Assembly (NCBI GenBank): GCA_943704425.1
Contig: CALSCP010002399.1
Location: 119,741 to 183,740, forward strand
DNA length: 64,000 nucleotides
From: Ministeria vibrans ATCC 50519
Lineage: Eukaryota > Protista > Filasterea
Direction: 5' to 3'
The stretch's first letter is position 1. Each line of letters opens with the position of its first letter. Below the pieces are notes generated by a model, which saw only the letters and a list, made by a program, of their open reading frames with translations, was not told the origin of the DNA and made no database searches. The position numbers and the translations under genes were made by a program. Below, piece after piece: positions 1 through 16,239 of this stretch.

Positions 1-339
1 GACACCACGGCGGCCTCTGTCGCCGCCGATGCAAGGCAGCCCCCGACTCCCGTCTCCGGGCTACCGACCAGCCGCCAAATCGTCCACTCGTCCAAACACG
101 ATCGTGAGCAAAGTACGCCGCGCTGCTTGCCCGCTCCCCTCCGTGTGCATAGCGCCATGCGTGTGTGTGTGTGCGTGTGTGTGTGTACACCCTCCCAGCC
201 TAGCTCGTATCTATTGCGTGTGCCACTGAAATTTCCCATTCTGCTCTCCTCACTCGCATTCGCTTCTGTAGAACGCCAAGTACATGCGCGATCACGGGAT
301 CCACGACACCGCCATCCGGTGCATGCTCCTGGCCGACAA
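1..339 (+). CDS. Fragment of an unknown gene (exons <1-112 and 272-339); possible RIIa/Dpy-30-like dimerisation/docking motif
   Basis: GT-AG intron 113-271. The spliced frame reads TPRRPLSPPMQGSP...IVSK|NAKYMRDHGIHDTAIRCMLLADK and ends in phase 2 before a CT-repeat intron containing an N-gap. Confidence 0.4.
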
Positions 340-404
340 GTGGGGCTGTTATCTTGTACGCGCTTGTGAGAGCAGTGCTGTGGTCAACATTGACCCGTCG
401 CCTT

Positions 405-680
405 CTCTCTCATTTTGTCTCTCTCTTTCTTTGCCTCTCTATCACTTTGTTTCTCTCTCTATCACTTTGTTTCTCTCTCTCTATCACTTTGTTTCTTTCT
501 CCTCTCTCTCTATCACTTTGTTTCTCTCTCTATCACTTTGTTTCTTTCTCCTCTCTCTCTCTCAAACTCTCAAACTCTCTCTCAAACTCTCAAACTCTCA
601 AACTCTCTCNNNNNNNNNNNNNNNNNNNNNNNNNNNNNNNNNNNNNNNNNNNNNNNNNNNNNNNNNNTTTCTCTCTCTCT
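405..680 (+). repeat. (CT)n microsatellite with CTCTCTATCACTTTGTTTCT and CTCTCAAACT units, plus assembly gap 610-667
   Basis: Directly visible tandem units and an N run. Confidence 0.9.
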
Positions 681-690
681 TGTATTTTAG

Positions 691-4152
<3,462 letters not shown>

Positions 4153-4454
4153 CTCACAAACCCTACCTAATCTCAAGTGTATCGAATAACAATAATATTA
4201 ATAATAATAATAATAATACAGAGTAGCACGATGCTTTCGCTGTAGATCTCCAAATGAGAATGCATGAGAGAAGTCGCACTCATGAACGAAAATTGATAAT
4301 ATTAATAATAATATTATTATTAATTTTATTATTACTATTATTATTAATTTATTGCGCACGTTTAGAATAATAATTATTATTTTTTGTGAATTCGAATTAT
4401 CCCCCTTTTTAATAATCAAGTCATCCAAGAATTTTCCATCACTTTATATTTTTC

Positions 4455-4760
4455 TCATGAAGCAGTCTCATGAGCTAACAAGCACACAAGAGCGGATTCG
4501 TTGCCCTTGGCCGCGGCCAGTCGCAGTGGCGTGCACGCGCCCAGCACAAGCGAGGCAAAGCAGGCTGCGGGCGAAGTGAGGAGAAACTCGAGAACGCACG
4601 TGCTTGTGTGCATGCCCATGGCCGCCAAGTGGATTGCTGAGAGGCCGCTTGTCGTTGTGCCGCTGATATCGGCTCCGTTCACAATCAGCACTTCTATCAC
4701 CTCTCTGAAGTAATAATAATAATAATTATTATTATTATTATTATGATTAGTATTATAATA

Positions 4761-4804
<44 letters not shown>

Positions 4805-6029
4805 TATTATTATTATTATCATCATCATCATCATTTTCGTACTTGTGGGTGTCGGAGCCAGCAAAGGCAGCCTCGAGAAGGGGTGTGCTGCCATTGTCTG
4901 CTTTACTCATGACAAACGACCCAGAGTGGAGAAGTTCACGGACGACAGCCTGATTAATGAAGGGGGGGGNNNNNNNNNNGGGGGGGAGGGTAAATGTGTA
5001 CATTTTGTTTTCTATTATTCTTATTATATTTTTTCTTCCTACGTACCTTGTTGACTGGGTTGACTGAGCAGGCAATGTGAAGTGGAATGTACCCAGCATG
5101 ACTCTTGCTGTTGACATCAGCGCCATTTTCTATCAGCATTTTCACCGTTTGAACGCTTCCAGAGCGAGCAGCCTAATCGAAAGGTACGAGTAACTCCGCA
5201 GGAACTTCGAACCGTGGAAATGTCTATTACTTCGTGCAATGCTGTGAGTCCATCCAAATCGGTCTTGAGCTTCACCTCTGCACCTTTTTCAAGCAAAACT
5301 CCGCATACTACACCCAATGCGCACGGTGAGTCATCGTGATAATTTTTAATTACCTTCGTCTTTTCCATTATGCGAAGCCTAACAAAACAAACAACGTATA
5401 AGTATTATTATTATAATATTATAATTATTTACGTTACCTCCATAAGAGGTGTTTGGCCGTCGAGTCCTTGGCAATTGACAGAAATGCTGGGAGTCAGACT
5501 CAGGAGGCGGCGGACAATTGCAACATGTCCACTTCGACAAGCGGCAAAAAGACACAATTCTAATTCCCCAAGTTCCTTCCGCTCTATCATTTCGTCGATG
5601 CGGGCTTCAGGGAGTGTTGATAATACCTATAACAACAACATACATGAAAGATACAGAGAAAAAAAAGATATTTTTCCATTTCGTTGCACATCAGTGTCAA
5701 AAAGAGACGCGACGTTTTTTTTTGGGTTTTACTTTGCTGATTTTGCGTTCGTTGCTACGCGACCCCTGAGTTGCCGTGCGACTCTTTTTGGAGGAATGGC
5801 GCGAGCGTGCACTACTCGATGACGAGCTGCGTGGGGGCACAAGAATGTGGTTGTGGTTGTAGGGGGGCGGGGCCAGCAAGCGCGGTCCATCATGATCAGC
5901 TCCGCGATGATTGGCCGTCACATTGAGAGTCACGCTGTCAAGCTCCGTCTCATCCACTTCGCTGCTGTCACTAACCGTGTCCAGTTTTGGTGGACCTGAC
6001 ATGTACTGGTACTTTTGTTGTGCGCTCAT
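4455..6029 (-). CDS. Ankyrin-repeat protein (about 7 exons) with a disordered N-terminus
   Basis: Spliced exons: LFAACRSGHVAIVRRLL, GQTPLMEASHNG, GLTALHEAARSG, GYIPLHIAC, GSTPLLEAAFAG, GLSAIHLAA. Introns are (AAT)n-rich and GT-AG. Confidence 0.8.
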
Positions 6030-6496
6030 CTCAGTATAATAAAAAGAATAAGAATGATTAAAGAAGATTGATTAAAGAAAATAATAATTATTATCGAATC
6101 TCATCGACTTTTCTCACTAATAATGCTTCTTCTTAATCTTCATAAATTTAATAATTATTCCTAATAATTAGTATTAAATAATTCTTCTTCTTCTAATTGA
6201 TAAATTAATAACAATATTATTATTATTATTATTATTATTATTTTGAATAATTATTATTACTCTTCGACTTTGAAGCTACAGTCTCTAGTGCAAAACAATA
6301 ATAACATTTTTTTCACACAGTATCACAAACAAACGTAAAAATATGAATATCGTCGCAATCTCTCTCTGAATTTACTCTTACCACTCCCAATCATCATCAT
6401 TATTATGGTAAAAAGTTCAAGTTATTTCATTAATTTTTTGTTCCAAGAGAAAAGAGTGGGAAGGATATGTGGGCTATAAACTAATAAATGGGCCAC

Positions 6497-9400
6497 TCAG
6501 GGAACAATATAATACGTAATCAAATATTCGGGGTACGCCTGCTCGCCACGGTACACAACAAACTCCTTGTATGCAAGACCATCCTTTGACGGTTCCCTAT
6601 CAAACAAAAAAAGTACATCAGAAAATGGTGAGATGGCATTGCACGTACCCAATGACACTGTCGTGGCCCGGCGGTGCGTGCGGAATCTTTTGTGCCGTGT
6701 GGTAGATGCGTGGTCGCCCCAGAGCTGTCCGACACACCAGCATTCGTCGCGGACATTCATAACAACTACCATAACAATTACGTGCATCAATCATTGCCTC
6801 TTCCATCTCTCACCGAATAAAATCTACCTCTTGTTCTGATGCTCTGCACATCCCTTTCCACCGGAAATTCCATGCACATACTGATTTGACTTGCTCGAAT
6901 CTTCCGCAAAGTAAATACCTTGAAACACACGCATGTTTAGTAGACGCCTCGAAAAACTATAATAATTATTATTCTTTGTGTGGTTACCCGCGCCAAACAT
7001 TCCGCCAATGTACGCGTGTCGTTCGTCAAAGCCTCGCTCGACAATGCCTTCAATAAAGGGCGAGCCGTGGAACAACAACTGCTCGTTGGGATCCCCCTCG
7101 TTGTTATCCGCCACAATGTTCCGTCGATACCAATACCTATTGGAAACGTCAACCATCGTTTAGTGACTCCACCAAGTTTTTTTAAAAAAAAAGCAAGTCT
7201 CTTACAGGTCCCACAGTCGTCTGTTCTGTACACGCTGCACCGACTGAACGCGGTACGTTGAAAAAGTGCCGCCCGAGTCGCCCTTGTGCGGGCGAATAGT
7301 CTTGATCATCATCTCCTCGACAAACCGGCGGTCCTTGTGCTCCGGTCCCAACGTCTGCAGATATAAGTCTGTTCCATCCGGCATGGGCATCCAGTTCAGA
7401 GGCACTATTAAAAAAAGAAAGAAAGCGCGAGCAAAATACAATCAGAAAAAATATTAAACACGCCAACGAAACGGTTTGTACCAATGCCCTTGTCGTCGGT
7501 GCGACCCGACACGTGATTGCGGGCCTCTTTGAGCATCTTGTGGCGGTGGCCGTGCACGGCGACGCCAAGTTCCTTCAGTTCGCTGTGTTCCATTTCAGCC
7601 AAAATCGACACGGTGATGGCCTCGCTGGTCATGAGCTGTGAGTACTCCTCGAGGCCCTGTTGCTTGAGCCAGGTCGCAATGTCCACTTCGGCACTGGCCG
7701 GTGTAAACGCATTGTAGTCTGAGACACCCTTGGACGAGGCTGTCGCCATGCCACTAAGAGCCAGACGGTCACCCACGTCGTTCTCGTCGTCGCCAAACGC
7801 TGACCCGCGTCCCTTAAGGTTCGCCATATCCTGTACACTCGCAGTGGGACTGCGCACCCCTGACGTGGAAGTACTCGTCTTGCGCGTAGCAGACGCCGCA
7901 GCGGCCGTCACAATGCCTGACGACGACATGTTACGCGTCAGCATGGAGGGCGTCACGCCCTGCAGCAACGACTTGACCTCGTCTGCCGTCGCCAGGTCCA
8001 GTGGCGTCTTTCCTTCGACGTTGGTTGCACTTGGATTTGCACCGTGTTGCAGCAACAATGAGCACACCTAATCATAAAAATGACAATAAAACAATAATAA
8101 TAATAATTATTATTATTATTTTGTTATTTTTTTTCTTCTTTTTCTCCTACCTGCAAACGACCCTTTTGAGCAGCTTCATGCATGGGTGTAAACTTCCAGC
8201 GGTCCATGGCGTTGATGTTGGCGCCCGACTGAATGAGAAAGTCGGCCATGTCGACGTGTCCGTAGCTGGCCGCGTTGTGCAGTGAGATGAGTCCGCCCTT
8301 GTCCTTTGAGTTCACGTCGGCACCCTTCTCCACCAACATTTGTGCCACCTGACCGCAAACCATTATTATTATTTTCATAATTATTATTAATATTATTATA
8401 CACAACAGTGGCTTGACGTTGTGCATCACATTACCTCGAGTTGATTGAAACCAGCTGCCAAGTGAAGTGGCGTTGAGTTGCGGCCCTTGGAGTCTTTGCA
8501 GTCAACATTTGCCGAGTCAATGACACGACGCACCCGCGCGAGATCGCCCGTCTTGGCACACTCGAGCAGGGCCGCATCAGGGTCCATAATATCACGAATC
8601 TAAAATAATGAGAGGGAGTTCAAAACACAACACTAAGCACTCAGCACAGGTTTACGGCGTGTCCTGCCTGCCGCCCCCGTCCCGCTTTCCCCGCTGACTA
8701 GGCCAAGTCCGTTCCCTTGGCTAAAGCAACAACAACAACAACAACAACAACGGACCTCTTGATCTTCGGCAAGATTGATCGGAGTGCGACCGTCGCAGTT
8801 GCGTCGACTGGGTTCACCGCCATACTTCATAAGCAGACGCACCACCTCAGCGCGACCCTTGCTTGCCGCCTCGTGCAACGGCGTAAACTTCCATTGGTCC
8901 TCACAGTTGGGATTAGATCCCGCCTTGAGCAACATCTAAAGAGACAAGTCTTTAATAAAAAAAGTCAAGGTGCCATGGTCGCCAATACCTCTGCAACTTT
9001 GACGTGACCATAGCTACAGGCATTGTGAAGGGGCACCAGGCCACCCTTGTCGGCCGTGTGTGGGTCGGCATCGTGTTGAAGCAGTAGCTCGACAATGGGC
9101 GCGCGGTTGTAGCCCGCTGCAAAGTGAAGGGGTGTCGATTGACGGCCACTCGCGTCGCGACACCTCGGAGACGCAATCTGGAGGAAAAAAAGACGAAAAC
9201 AAAAAGAACAGAAACGAAAAAGTTTAGTGGGCAACGCAAGGTTATCTTCTCGAAATATTTTCATACTTTGAGGAGGTTCTTGACTTCTTCAATAGAGCCA
9301 GTCTTGGCGGCTTCGAGAAGTTGCAGCTCAGCCTTGGCAACCTCAGGAGAAGTAGCAGCAGCGGCGGTGGTGGCGGTGGCTGAGGCGACCACGGGGGGCG

Positions 9401-11967
9401 GCGATGCTGGGGTGGAGTTTGACGAGCGGGGACTGCCGGGCAGGGGAGGTGGCGGACGCATGCTCTTTGGACTGTTTTGAGCGCCTTGAGACGCAACCAG
9501 ACGAGTGTTGGATGCGGCGGCTGAAGGGGTACCTGAGGCGGCGAGGGAACGCGAGCGGGATGGCACGGGAATAGACTCTTCGGTTGAGTGTGAGATGAGA
9601 GAGGTCACCTGTGGGTCCGTGGCGAGCTGTGCGGGCGTGTGGCCTCCGCTGTTCTTTGCAGACGTGCTTGCACCATACTTGAGGAGGACGGTGACCGACT
9701 CGACACTGGAGGCGAGTGCCGCTGCATGCAGTGGTGTGTTGAGTGCGTTGTCGAAGGTGCCAACAGGCGCACCCTTGGACAGCAGCAACTCTATTACATC
9801 GGCGCGACTTGCTTCGGCGGCATAGTGTACGGGGGTGCGACCAACACTGTCGGTGGCGTCGACTTCGGTCGAAACGGCATCAATACAGGCGCGGACGGTG
9901 TCGAGGCTGCCGTGGCGACACGCAATGTGAAGGGGACGAGCCTCCTTCTCGGAGTACACCTTGAGAGCAAAGAGCGGCGAGGCTTGCGCAGCGCGCAGTG
10001 TCGTAAGGTTGTTGGAGCGAATGGCGTTGACAAGTTTGCGCAAATGGCCTTCCTCCTCAATGAGTTGACGCATTTTGTCGTCCTTGGCGCACTCGAGAGG
10101 CAGTCGGCCGTCGGAAGTCTTGATGTCGAGTCGCGCTCCCGCCGACATGAGCAGTCGACACACCTCAAGACGGTTCTTGCTGATCGCCTCGTGCAGCGGT
10201 GTAAAGTGCCACTGGTCCTCAGCGTTGACATTTGATCCTCTTTGAATCAAAAGCTACAAAATGAAAAGAATAAAAATAAATATTAGAAGAAGAAGAAGAA
10301 GATAAAATATATTAAAATTAAATAATAAAGACGTTATTAATAATTATTATTAATATCATTATTTATATTATTGTGATTTTTATGTACCTCTGCGACTTTG
10401 CGATGACCATAACTACAAGCGTTGTGAAGGGCAACAAGACCACCCTTGTCAAGTTCGTGAACAGAGGCACCCATGTCAATGAGAAATTCGACGGCGTGGT
10501 AGCGATTGTAGCCGCAGGCAAGGTGCAATGGGGTGCTCTGACGACCGTCTGTCGAGCGACGGTTCACCGACAGCGGGGTGACGTAGGCACGCAGTGCGTC
10601 CAAGTCACCGCGTTTGACCGCCTCGAGAATTTCATCTGTCTTATAGGTACCACCGAGGATCGCTTTGACATCGTCAGTGGAAGCAATGGCCAGTGGAGTG
10701 TCGCCCTCTTTGGTCTTGAGCGAGGCATTGGCTTTGCGCTGCAACAGAGTGATGCACACGTCCGTTTTACCCTTGCGTGCTGCCTCGTGCAACGGTGTGT
10801 AGCCCCACTCATCAGCAACGTTCACATCGACGCCCTTGTCAAGCAGGAGCGACACGACACCCTCATGACCAAACGAGCTAGCATTGTGGATGGGACGCAG
10901 CCCCCCTTCGTCTGCGGCGTTTGCGTCGGCACCTCGATGAAGGAGGAAGGCACACACGCGCACACGTCCAAAGCCAGCCGCAAAGTGAAGTGGCATGCTC
11001 TTGCGTCCCTCCGTATCGCGCACGTTCACGTCGATTCGGTCCTGTCAACGACGAAGGAAAAAAGGAGAAAAAAAATGGCAGATGAGGAACGATGAGAAAT
11101 GTGAGAATCGACGGTATGCAAGACTGCTGCAAGGCACCGCGTTGCAAGAGAGAGACACCGAGTGAGGCGATACATAAAGTGGGAGGGGCGTGACCATGAA
11201 ACGACGCCCACATATCCACGACTGACGAGTCGAAAACCAACGAGTTTGACAAGTAGAGAGAAAAAAAAAAGGACGAGAGGTGTCGCGGCGAGCAGGAGTG
11301 CAATGGCAAGGATAGCCCCTTGTGTGTTCACGATACACGGGGTGCACTGTCGAGTGGGGCTGGCGACGTGGTCGCAGTCGCGTCATGCAGCCGGCGGGGG
11401 TCCGGTGAGAGGACGACCGCCGCCGAGAAAAAAGACACACACACACACACACACACACACGCACCCCGTGAGGGTGGTGGATGCAGTGTGGAGGGAGCTT
11501 GGGAGTGCATGAAGGAGCGCAGGGGAAGATTGGGCGGGCCAGCGCCAGCATGAGGGATGGCAAAGCAAAGGGAAAACCCAAGGGAATCCCACAGGCGCAA
11601 GCCACGGCTGAAACTCCGACGCAAGCCCAACGTCGAGCCAATCAACGCTGTCCCCAGCACAGGCGACCGCCTATGATGAGACGCCCTATACCTCTCCTTT
11701 TTTGTTCTTTTTTTTTTTTTTTTTTTTTTTTTTGAATTGGTTTCCACTTTTGCAAATTGGCAGACAAGGATGGCCCAAACGGCGGAGGTTCCACAGCAAA
11801 TGCGCCCAACCAGGCCGCATCCCGACACCAGGCAACCGGCTCACCTTGATGACGAGCTGCTTGATTCGGTCGAGTTCACCCTTTCGACATGCTTCAAAAA
11901 GATCCGCGACTTTTGCGCCCCCGCTCGGCTGTGACGCTTTGCGCCCTTCACCACGACGGGAGTCCAT
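6497..11967 (-). CDS. TNKS: Tankyrase (ankyrin-repeat clusters + SAM + PARP catalytic domain), multi-exon
   Basis: ARC motifs [46 protein letters not shown] and [10 protein letters not shown]; [16 protein letters not shown]...GHRHKMLK; PARP FHGSPF...[27 protein letters not shown], Zn motif CAEHQNKSCYEC, and [18 protein letters not shown]. Confidence 0.95.
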
Positions 11968-12101
11968 CAAAATGAATTGTAATTATTTTGAAATTAATTA
12001 TTAAACTTTCACTTTTTCGACTTTTGTTGATGATGATTATTTTGGTGTGATTTTCTATTCAATTCTCAAGCAAGTTCACAACCAGTTCATTCTCTTTTGC
12101 T
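11968..12101. promoter_or_regulatory. Putative bidirectional promoter between TNKS and the 12102 gene
   Basis: 134-bp AT-rich spacer between two divergent ATGs. Confidence 0.5.
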
Positions 12102-13163
12102 ATGAGTCATTTCTTACACGATGTGCCGGGTCAGGTATCGCTATGCGAGCTCGCGCGTACGCTCGACTTGGAAACCTTTCAGTTGCCGCTACAGTCGTTT
12201 GCCGATCAAAACTTGTTGCTCGATGCGGCCGAGTCCATTATCGACTTGGACGTCTTTGAGCGTGACAACTTCCTATTTGGCGACATTGCCGTTGGCGATG
12301 ACGCCACAGTGTCGAGCATTTCGGCGACGGGGCCTCCGATAAATTCGTCTGCGTTTTCATTTGATTTCGCTCCTGCCGCTGCATTAGACACTGTGAACCC
12401 ACGCGCGCCCCTCCACAGTTATCAAACCAACAGTACGGCAACGTCGAGCGAGTCGTCAAGCACGGGCGTGCTGCCGATTTCTTATTTCACAAAAAGAGCG
12501 CCAAAACAGTCGAGATCGCCACCTGTCAAAACAACCGGCGGCGAAAAAGCGTCGCGTCAAGCCCTGTTCCCACGCCGCGAGCACACGGATGAGGCTTTGT
12601 TGAGAGCTACTCAGCTGTCTCAGTCAAGGCTTGTGTCTAACTGTCGCGAACAGATGAGCGTGGTGGCGAAACAGCAACAACTCATGATGCAAAATGCTTC
12701 GCGCGCCTCCAAACGAGTGTCGCTGGAGACTGCACCGCCCACTTTGGCGCGTGATGACAGCAACGGCTCTACAGCACCACCTTTGTTGTCGTTCTACGCG
12801 AAAAAGCGCGCTTGGAACGATACTTTGGACGCGTGCGAACCGACGCGCGTCGAAGCCACCTTACCGTTGCGCCCCGCAAAACGCCACCGCACCGCCGCCT
12901 GCCGCAGCGTCACAGCTGTCACGGCACCTCAACTTAATCATGACGAGCCGTACCAGGTGCACACCCGACGAGCAAAAACGTGCAAGTCAGCAACAATCTC
13001 AACGACCGCGACCAGCGAGACCAACGCCCACCGCCACGACCACGACGACAACGCGAGGCGATACTCTTTGCGATGCAAGGAGGCGCCAAAGACCGACTCC
13101 AACTTTGACTTTACGAGTTATACAACGAGCGAGGAGGAGCAGGACCTAAACGGGAGCGACGGC

Positions 13164-13204
<41 letters not shown>

Positions 13205-13774
13205 CGACGAGGAGGAGGAGGAGGAGGAGGAGGAGGAGGAGGAAAAAGAGGCGGTTGTGGCGGGGATTGTGAACGATTTAAAGCAGCCGCCGGCGGCCTC
13301 TCCCATGTCAGAGAGGAGTTTCAAGAGAGAAACGACGAGTAGGCGTGACGAGTATCCGCACATGACGCTGAAGGCGGCACGTAAGGAGACAAAAAAAGGA
13401 AACACAAATGCAAATAATCTTGCTATTAATGTATAGTGCTGCAAGTACTTGTGGACAACGGAGGGGGGCCAATGCCATATCGATTAATGACGGTACTCAC
13501 ACGAACAGAGAGGAGAAGAAGAGAATAATATAAAAACCAACGTGTGTAGGACATAGTGATTCAGCGCAAAATGGTCTACACCAACGCAACGAAAATCTAC
13601 CAGTCGGCCAGTGCGCGCCTGTCGGAGCTGGCGCGCGCAGACCCTGGCGGACTGATGATCCAGCGCAACGGTCTTGGATCATATTCACTGGCAGACATTG
13701 CACGGGCCCAATCGGTCATTGTGCAACAAGACAAGCGAATGAGCAATGCTTGTCGCAAGAGGAGAGAAGAGTAA
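12102..13774 (+). CDS. Hypothetical protein (about 515 aa) with a poly-D/E tract and basic C-terminal region; 2 exons
   Basis: 444-codon ORF from the ATG at 12102. A probable intron 13431-13549 (gtatag...gtgtag) joins in frame to DIVIQRKMVY...CRKRREE*. (GAT)n(GAG)n tract at about 13164-13243. Confidence 0.65.
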
Positions 13775-13843
13775 GTGGAGTAAGTGTGCGTGAAGTTTGA
13801 TAAAGAGGGTGACTTATTTTGTAATAAGAGAGTGTGATCACAA

Positions 13844-14297
13844 TCAGTCGCTGTCGGACGACGAGTCGTTGCTCTTGTCCTTCTACACAAACACAAACCG
13901 TATATGAATCCCAATGTTGTTTTGTGTATGATCGTCGAGTCAATAGTCGCATACCTTTTCCTTCTTGCTCTTCTTCTCTTTCTTCTCTTTCTTCTCCTTC
14001 TTGGCCTTCTTCTCCTTCTTGTCCTTTTTGTCCTTCTTTGACGCTGGCTTCTCTTCGTCACTCTGATCACTGTCGTGCTTGCGCTACAAAAAAAGAAAGA
14101 AAGAAAGACGGGTTGGGCACGAAAGGGAGAGTGAGACAAGCGTGCAATACCTTCTTTGAGTCGAGTTCGGCCACAATGGGCTTTGGTGCATCCTCTTTGC
14201 TCTTTCCAGCGTAGTCCACATACTCAGACGTCCACTTTGACGGTGTCTTCTCGTTCTTGCGTCCGTGCTTGTCCAGCTTGCCGTCCTTGATCAGTGC
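13844..14297 (-). CDS. DKC1: C-terminal three exons of dyskerin/Cbf5 (H/ACA pseudouridine synthase); rest of the gene absent
   Basis: ALIKDGKLDKHGRKNEKTPSKWTSEYVDY followed by a KKE-repeat tail, the characteristic Cbf5/dyskerin C-terminus. Confidence 0.8.
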
Positions 14298-14304
14298 CTA
14301 TCGA

Positions 14305-14575
<271 letters not shown>

Positions 14576-14628
14576 AGCCCGGTAAACTGCGTGTGGCCCT
14601 ATGCTGGGCGCTGTGTGTGTGTGTGTAC

Positions 14629-14868
14629 CAATGGTGATCCATTTTGCGCACACACCGTTGGCACACAGAGCAATGGTGTGCGCGGAAGGGTTTGTAGTTA
14701 CGGCATTTGTGGCAGTTGGTGACAAGCTCGCCGTTGCGACGCTCGGGCGCATTCTAGAAGGAGACGGTAAGCGGGTGGGAGGCCGGTATCATCGGTGGAA
14801 TGAGCCGTACTTTGGTAATGAGATCCATGACGAAGTTTTCCGGCGGCAATGGAACACTCCCCTGTACG

Positions 14869-14929
<61 letters not shown>

Positions 14930-15311
14930 TACACAAATACACAATATACACACACATGCGGAGGTGAGAGGAGGGCACACGGCGAGGACGGGTGGGGGGA
15001 TCTGACTGGATTGGAGGTCATGGCGCGCCAGTGAGCCGCAACGGCTGATCCGACGCAGAATAGGAAGAGGGTCATGTGAATAAAGTCGACGAATGACTCC
15101 TGTGGTTGAAAAATAACGGACGCAACGGTGAGCAAAGCAAGGGAGGAGGCGCCTGGACGGTGGTGGTACTGACGAGTGGATCCAAAAGGATGAAGAGGAC
15201 GACAAAGGAGGCGTAGAAGATGAGGATGTAGACGAGTGCAGCACACACTAAGCCACAGGGGTCCCAGATGAACCACGCATGCGACGCCGAGGGCGCTTTC
15301 CCCTGTCCCAT
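14629..15311 (-). CDS. ZDHHC3: DHHC palmitoyltransferase (ZDHHC3/7-like), N-terminal half only
   Basis: [33 protein letters not shown] and [28 protein letters not shown](C). Truncated at an intron inside the DHHC motif. Confidence 0.8.
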
Positions 15312-15630
15312 CGTATCGTGCACCTTGCCACAGCAGCGATGTCTCGACGGGGGCGGACAACGAAGAAAAAAGAATGAATGATATGATTAAATAGTTTAAA
15401 CTGTGTACTCAGTCAGACAGAGGAGTTCTGCTCACACTAAGAAAGGTATTCGCTCAATGTTACATTGCGCTCAGTCAAAGATAAGGCCAGCCAGCCACCA
15501 GGCGAGTATGATATTTATAGTTTGATTCTTTCGATTGTAGAGAATNNNNNNNTAGATAGAAATGAAATGAATAAGTGTATATTGTATAAAGATGAAGGCT
15601 CAGTCACCAGCTCAAGAGTGATGTGCGGTT

Positions 15631-16239
15631 CTATTGATACCCGATGATGATGAAACCAACGGCGACTTGCCTCGAGCCCAGGTGCGAGAAGTAGTAGGCA
15701 TACATGTCTTCGTTGGGCTGTGTGATGACTACGGAGTCGCTCGTAAAGGCGTTGGCGGTGTACGTGCGCACACGCATGACGGGCGAAAACGTGGGATCGC
15801 TCTCGGAGCGCAAGTAGATGTCGCCAAAGGCGGAGGCTGCGGCGCCGCTGTCGTAGTGGAGGCGAAGTCGCAGAGCTGTCGCGTTGGAAGGGATTCCAGC
15901 CTGAGACACATTGAAGTGTGTTGGCGCTGCACTCTCACTCGACGTGACGCTGCCAATGGCAATGTTGGTGTTGGTCCACTTGGGGCTCAGGCAGTTACAG
16001 GAAGCAGCGCTGGCGCTCGCCGTGGCCGCTGCTGCTGTTTCGAGCGCGTTGATTTTGAGCTGGAGCGACGCAAGAAGCGACAACAGATCCTGACCGCCAA
16101 CCTCGACGGTGCCGTTCGACGCGGGGTTCAGCACAATGCTCCCGTCACGGTTGACAATCTCCACGCCGGCAAAGTCGACGGCGCTGACGCCAGAGGCCAG
16201 CGTGAGGCCGACCGCAAGCAAAACGCGTAGCATTATCAT
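15631..16239 (-). CDS. Secreted protein (about 200 aa): signal peptide, cubilin-NTD-like segment with coiled coil, beta-rich C-terminal domain
   Basis: Intronless ORF; hydrophobic MLRVLLAVGLTLASGVSA; IVNRDGSIVLNPASNGTVEVGGQDLLSLLASLQLKINALE. Confidence 0.7.
   Translation of the reverse strand: MIMLRVLLAVGLTLASGVSAVDFAGVEIVNRDGSIVLNPASNGTVEVGGQDLLSLLASLQLKINALETAAAATASASAASCNCLSPKWTNTNIAIGSVTSSESAAPTHFNVSQAGIPSNATALRLRLHYDSGAAASAFGDIYLRSESDPTFSPVMRVRTYTANAFTSDSVVITQPNEDMYAYYFSHLGSRQVAVGFIIIGYQ

Noticed and set aside
5690-5735. KKRRVSF, a PP1-binding RVxF motif before ankyrin repeats (MYPT-like)
   Set aside because: It is followed by a stop, and an in-phase donor (AAA|gtaaaa) just upstream places the motif inside the intron.
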